Origin: Chiloscyllium plagiosum
Lineage: Eukaryota
Assembly: GCF_004010195.1 (NCBI RefSeq)
Contig: NC_057751.1
Location: 3,845,866 to 3,884,058 of the forward strand
Direction of reading: 5' to 3'
Length of the DNA stretch: 38,193 nt
The position numbers and the translations under genes are program-made. Numbering within the stretch: the stretch's first letter is position 1; the number at the start of each line of letters is the position of its first letter. The notes below the pieces were generated by a model. That model was not told the DNA's origin, searched no databases, and saw only the letters and a list, made by a program, of their open reading frames with translations. Positions 32,811 through 38,193 of the stretch are shown in pieces.

Positions 32811-33345
32811 GGAGTGGACCAAGACATCCCAGAGGGAACAGACAATGCAGAATGCAGATGAGGAAGGGTGGGAGGGGAGGGAAATACAAGTCTAGCAGTG
32901 GCATACTGCTGCAGCTGACTGAAATGGAAGCTTGTGAATGTTCAAATGCAGGGCCTGATGCGATGGCAAGCGAGGATTGGAGGACCCTATCTTTATTATG
33001 GGAGGGTTGAGAGTGAAATGTGGGACATGAGTTGGACACGGCTCAGGGCCTTGTCATCTGTGCTGGCTGGAATTCTCAGTCGGAGAAAAAGGTGGACATT
33101 TCTGAGAGTCCCTGCGGAAGGTCACATCAGCAGAACAGATGTGATGGAGATGGAGATACTGGGAGAATAGAATGAACCCCTTACAGGAAGCACCACATGA
33201 GGAGGTATCATCCAAACAACTGTGGGAGGCGATGAGCTTGTCATGATTATCAATGGCCAGTCTAAACCCTTAAATGGAAAGACAGATGTTGAGGAAGGGA
33301 AGGGAGGAGTCTGAGATGGCCATGCAGGTGACGCATGACCTCCAA
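32811..33345 (-). mobile_element. Penelope-like element RT C-terminal/linker fragment, decayed
   Basis: Antisense pieces SITSVLL, RNVHLFL / ttccagccagcacagatgacaaggccctg, PSHNKDRVL, FPPLPP, SGMSWST/LVHS fit the PLE RT-thumb-linker region. Confidence 0.75.
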
Positions 33346-34374
33346 GATTGTCATAGAAATATGGATGTTGTTTCATGACCGTATTCAAATATGGAAGCCA
33401 AGATTAAACCTTCACCCAACTCTACAAATTGTAAACTGCAGTACAGGCGCAATTAGCTTTGCATTGAAAGTGCCTCGTCAGATGCTAACAGCTGAATTGT
33501 TTCAGAACAAACCATTCTTTCCACCTCCAACGAACTTGTTTTGTTAGAAGAGTGCAACATTGGCTTGATGTCACCCAGTTCAGTAGAAGGCCAAAAGCAT
33601 ACCATAAGAAGGACTGCACTTGACAGTTGAAGAAAACAGCATGTTCTATGACGTCCAAATATACTAAGTAGTCACTTCATGGAATCTTCCTGCCACCACC
33701 ATTCCTCACTCCCACACTGCTAACATTGGACACAGATCACAGAATCTTCGAGAAGGGTGAAATGAGGTTGATAAAACCTGGAACCCCAGCATTCTGTCTC
33801 TGCACCTTTTTCAACTGTGTCTTCAGAGAACACCTTTGACTGGCAGCTGAGCTGAATAGTATCTCCAGCTCCTTGTACCTACTGGTAAGTATCATCAGAC
33901 TGACCAGACCCAGAAGACCATCTCAACAAGACAACCCAAACAGCAGAACTAGCCCTAGTCAATAGAGGAAGTCCAAATCGCCAACTGCAGATCTTGAAAC
34001 ATGAGCCATCCCTTGAAGAATTAAGAACAGACTGTCTCAGCCTTACTGAACAGGTTGTCCCAATCTTTTCAGACAAATAGTTAATTACAGCGGTAGATTC
34101 CTGAGGACACAATGTAGTGCAACCTCGGAAGCACGTGTCAGAAGTAGACACTTCATGAAGATGTGAGAGTGTTTACTGAGGAGGGCCTGTGAAGAGATTG
34201 ACAGAGTTTAATTCTCCTTGATAAAGTATTCAATAAAGATGTGGTGATCCTTCCAGCTAATTCTTGTCCTGTTTGTCAATTTCATCACGTAACTCACCTA
34301 AGTTGAAAAGGGTTACTGCAAACTGATCAAGTTTAGTCAAGGAACATTTACTCGCTTTTCAACATCGTGATTAC

Positions 34375-34740
34375 TCAAAAAGAAGTGGGGTTAGAAGAAA
34401 GGATAGAGTCAGAGGGAGGGTTCCAGAGGGGTTTGGATATATTTTGAATTGTTGCAGCCGACATTCCCGAATGCCTGAAAGGAAAAGAAATGTTACAACG
34501 TCGAATGAGCTGGAGAATGAAGGAAGAGATCAAGAGTGTGCATTTGGTGGTGGATGGCACTGAGGAGGATCTCAAGATGAGGTGAAAACAACTCTCTGAG
34601 GAGCGCTGAACATCATGGAGACACCTGTGATCCTGGGTGAAATTTTACTTGAAATCCAAGTCGGGTGAGTCTGAGCAGGAGGCAGTCACTACAGAATGAG
34701 ATGTGGCTGAGGAAGCAAATTTTGGTAAAAACTTTGTCTT
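34375..34740 (-). mobile_element. Penelope-like element ORF N-terminal fragment, decayed
   Basis: Antisense SHISFCSDCLLLRLTRLGFQVKFHP.., FILQLIRRCN. Similar to the SHVSF stub at 20270-20290. Confidence 0.7.
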
Positions 34741-35330
34741 ATACTTGAACAGAAACAAAAGAAACGACAGTGAGCAAGAAAGAAATTTAAAATGGAAATC
34801 CTGTCAGAGACAGGACGAGAACGTCTTCAAAGTAGTCATACCTCGAAGAGGTGTGACTGTGACATAATTTCAAGGCAAGGGCCCATTCTGTAAAGAGGGA
34901 CTTGTGCTGATTTTGTGTAGTTCTTTGCTACTGCAAATTTGATGGGCCGAAGAGCGTGATTGTAGTACGTGAGTTTTCATCCCATCAGTTAGATTGGATT
35001 CATGCTCCCTCTTGCTATCCATTTATGTTTTTGGCATCTTTGCTGCGAGGATTGATTTTGTTCCACTTTAAAATTCTTGTTCTATTCCTCCATTTCAGTT
35101 AATCCTCCTCAATTTGTGTACTAACTAGTATTTTCAGGCCCAAACGTTGGCAGTTGATTTTCTTTCGAGCTTCAGTCAATACCAGCTGAACAAGTAGCAT
35201 GAGCTGGCTACAAAAAAATTCAAAGTATCCTCACTTTTTCCCTTGTGACTGAAAGTTTGGCTTCAGTTTGTTGGTTCTCCCAATGACTCACACAAAAGAA
35301 AATCACAGTATCGGAAAAAATGGTCACAAA

Positions 35331-35842
35331 GGGGAGGCGATGGCCATCACTGGACTGTCACTTCAGAGAGGAAGTAGTGAGGACTGCAGATGCTGGAGAT
35401 TAGAGTCACAAAGTGTGGCGCTGGAAAAGCACAGTTGGTCAGGCAGCATCCGAGGATCAGGAGAGTTGACGATTTGAGCAGGAGCTCTTCAACAGATGCT
35501 CAAATCGTCAACTCTCCTGCTCCTCGGATGCTGCCTGACCAACTGCACTGTTCTAGCGCTACACTTTTTGACTGTTAATTCAGAGATACAGGGAATGTTC
35601 TCGGGACACAGGTTCAAATTGTGACATGGCAGATGGTGGAATTTGAATTCAATGTAAATCTAGAATTCAGAATTTAATGATGACATGAATTCGACTGTCA
35701 GAAAACCTCATCTGATTCACTAATGTCCCTTAGGAAAGGAAACAACCGTGCTTACCTGGTCTGGCCTACATATGACTCCAGACCCACAGCAATGTAGTTA
35801 ACTCTTAACTGCCCTCAAGATTAGGGATTGGCTAGCCTAGCT
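35331..35842 (+). mobile_element. Second tRNA-derived SINE family, split by a PLE palindrome (35370-35573) and a CR1; its last ~30 bp lie at 37045-37077
   Basis: ggggaggcgatggcc...ggttcaaatt (B box)...ctgattcactaatgtcccttaggaaaggaa...gactccagacccacagcaatgtagttaactcttaactgccctc. The tail gccctcagcctgtgaatgaattttaaaaaaa resumes after the CR1. Confidence 0.8.
35370..35573. mobile_element. Fold-back PLE terminal fragment with a ~13-17-bp TSD
   Basis: Arms 35404-35480 and 35497-35573 are near-perfect reverse complements. gactgtcacttcagaga at 35353-35369 versus gactgttaattcagaga at 35570-35586. The centre is a decayed HHR. Confidence 0.88.
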
Positions 35843-37044
35843 CATGTTTGGATGTGGTCTATCTAGACTTCCAAAAGGTCTTTGATAAGATGGCACACGG
35901 GACGCTGCTGAGCAAGGTGAGGGCCCATGGTGTTCGAGGTGAGCTACTGATATAGACTGAGGTTTGGCTGTCTGACAAGGCAGAGAGTTGGGATAAAAGG
36001 TTCTTTTTCAGAATGGCAGCCGGTGACAAGCGATGTCCCGCAGGGTTCAGTGTTGGGGCCACAGCTGTTCACGTTATATACTAATGATCTGGATGAAGGG
36101 ACTGGGGGCATTCTAGTAAAGTTTGCCGATGATACAAAGTTAGGTGGACAGGCAGGTAGAACTGAGGAAGTGGGGAGGCTGCAGAAGGATCTAGACAGTT
36201 TGGGAGAGTGGTCCAGGAAGTGGCTGATGGAATTCAATGTGAGCAAATGAGAGGTCTTGCACTTTGGAAAAAAGAATACAAGCATGGACTACTTTCTAAA
36301 CGGTGAGAAAATTCGAAAAGCCAAAGTACAAAGGGATTTGGGAGTGCGAGTCGAGGATTCTCTAAAGGTAAACATGCAGGTTGAGTCCGTGATTAAGAAA
36401 GCGAATGCAATGTTGTCATTTATCTCAAGAGGGTTGGAATATAAAAGCAGAGATGTGCTACTGAGACTTTATAAAGCTCTGGTTAGGCCCCATTTGGAGT
36501 ACTGTGTCCAGTTTTGGGCCCCACACCTCAGGAAGGACATACTGGCACTGGAGCATGTCCAGCGGAGATTCACACGGATGATCCCTAGAATGGTAGGTCT
36601 AACATACGAGGAACGCCTGAGGATCCTGGGATTGTATTCATTGGAGTTTAGAAGATTAAGGGGAGATCTAATAGAAACTTACAAGATAATACATGGCTTG
36701 GAAAGGGTGGACACTAGGAAAGTGTTTCCCTTAGGCAAGACTTGGACCCGCGGACACAGCCTTAGAATTAGAGGGGGTAAATTCAGAACAGAAATGCGGA
36801 GACATTTCTTCAGCCAGGGAGTGGTGGGCCTGTGGAATTCATTACCGCAGAGTGCAGTGGAGGCTGGGACACTAAATGTCTTCAAGGCAGAGATTGATAA
36901 ATTCTTGATGTCACAAGGAATTAAGGGCTACGGGAAGAATGCAGGTAAGTGGAGTTGAAATGCCCATCAGCCATGATTAAATGGCAGAGTAGACTCGATG
37001 GGCTGAATGGCCTTACTTCCACTCCTATGTCTTGTGGTCTTATG
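35843..37044 (+). mobile_element. Young 5'-truncated CR1 (HER1-like) LINE; RT C-terminal half almost open
   Basis: DVVYLDFQKVFDK; VPQGSVLGPQLF..NDL..KFADDTKLGG (36023-36250). One in-frame TGA, then a 233-aa ORF (36257-36958) with RPHLEYCVQFWAPH...LRGDLIETYKI...TRGH, followed by the 3' UTR. Confidence 0.96.
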
Positions 37045-37932
37045 TTGCCCTCAGCCTGTGAATGAATTTTAAAAAAATCTTAGACCCACTAAAATCTGCA
37101 CCACCCACCTCAAGGTTTATTTATCTCGAAGTATATTGTGCAAGACTCCCAAAGAAAGGGATTCTGATTCTCAAAGGAAGATAGACAATATGCCAGAGCA
37201 CTTTTGATGTCACATTACTGGTGTGATCTCTGTTGCTTCAGATACAGAAGATTGTTTCAGACGGGACTCTGTGTTTACAGTATGCTGCCTGCCTTTATAC
37301 TGCAGTCAAACTGCCTGCAGGAGAATCTAGTTACTACTCAGAAATAAATCAGAATTATCTTTAAATCTTGCTTGTCAGTGCTGAAATATATTCTGGAGTA
37401 CATTTTAAAACAATGAAGACTGGTACCATACGAACTTCAGTTACCTACTGAGGCTAAAAATTACAACAAAATTATACACTCTTATGTCAGCCCCCATTGT
37501 AGTTTAATGTAACATTAAATAAGAATGAAATTCAATTTGTTGCACTTGAATAAAATGAGTCAGAACAAGTGACAAGTGCTGACCAGGAACCAGGAATTAT
37601 TTTGAGAGTGTCTAAGGTTTAACTAATGTCAAAGCTGGCTGAACAGGATGCTGCAATTCAATTTCTCCATCCATCTCCCCCAACGTACCCACCAAAACAC
37701 AAGTACGAAGGTGCATTTTGTTGTGGGAAATTTTTGTCTTAATATCCACAGCTGAAACACACTGCAGCTTTCCACTTTGATCAGAGAAAAACTGATAGTT
37801 TTGGCGAAAACATAGAACCAAACCAATGTATCCCTGGATTTTCCCTGAGATTTAATTTTGCTCAGTTGCATTAATCAAGTATTAATTGTTCATGAGTATT
37901 CCAACCTCCACTCTCAGACACACTGACGTACA

Positions 37933-38193
37933 ATAGAACATAGAACATCGAACAATACAGCACAGAACAGGCCCTTCAGCCCTCAATGTTGCGCCGACCT
38001 GTGAACTAATCTAAGCTCACACCTCTACACGATCCCATCATCATCCATGTGCTTATCCAAGGATTGTTTAAATCTCCCTAATGTGGCTGAGTTAACTACA
38101 CTGGCAGGCAGGGCATTCCATGCCCTTATCACTGTCTGAGTAAAGAACCTGCCTCTGACATCTGTCTTAAATCTATCACCCCTCAATTTGTAG
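37933..38193 (-). mobile_element. CR1 LINE 3' end (continues past the window)
   Basis: (atagaac)n tail, aggcccttcagccctcaatgttgcgccgacc...gcattccatgccc...ctctgacatctgtcttaaatctatcacccctcaattt is the antisense of the 30290-30540 tail. Confidence 0.9.

Noticed and set aside
32136..33039. Six ORFs of 189-253 aa
   Set aside because: Artefacts of reading through the 500-N gap.
36257..36958. 233-aa ORF as a host or domesticated gene
   Set aside because: It is the C-terminus of a 5'-truncated CR1 ORF2 with upstream stops and a frameshift, and it has a non-ATG start.
1..38193. CRISPR array, prokaryotic operon or defence system
   Set aside because: No regularly spaced repeat-spacer array and no gene-dense architecture. 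The sequence is vertebrate repeat-rich DNA.

Overview
Eukaryotic, AT-rich, repeat-dense genomic DNA. It is almost certainly from a cartilaginous fish (shark), inferred from HE1-type tRNA SINEs, CR1/HER1-type LINEs and shark-type Penelope-like elements (PLEs). No intact host protein-coding gene is recognisable. The ORF track is explained by decayed retroelement ORFs, antisense artefacts and a 500-N gap, so the window is probably a large intron or intergenic region. It holds many nested insertions: CR1 LINEs, SINEs, probable solo LTRs and MITEs. The most notable signal is a dense set of PLE-derived pieces carrying minimal type-I hammerhead ribozymes (HHRs) of at least four sequence types, three of them with cores that look intact. 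Several are tiny (100-320 bp) insertions bounded by 10-17 bp direct repeats, and some are fold-back palindromes whose turn lies at or beside the ribozyme. Other items are a perfect 91-bp inverted repeat, an old ~600-bp palindrome, one candidate non-coding exon and a weak endogenous-retrovirus pol-like remnant. Repeat boundaries were read by eye and are approximate. Family names come from motif recognition, not from a database search.
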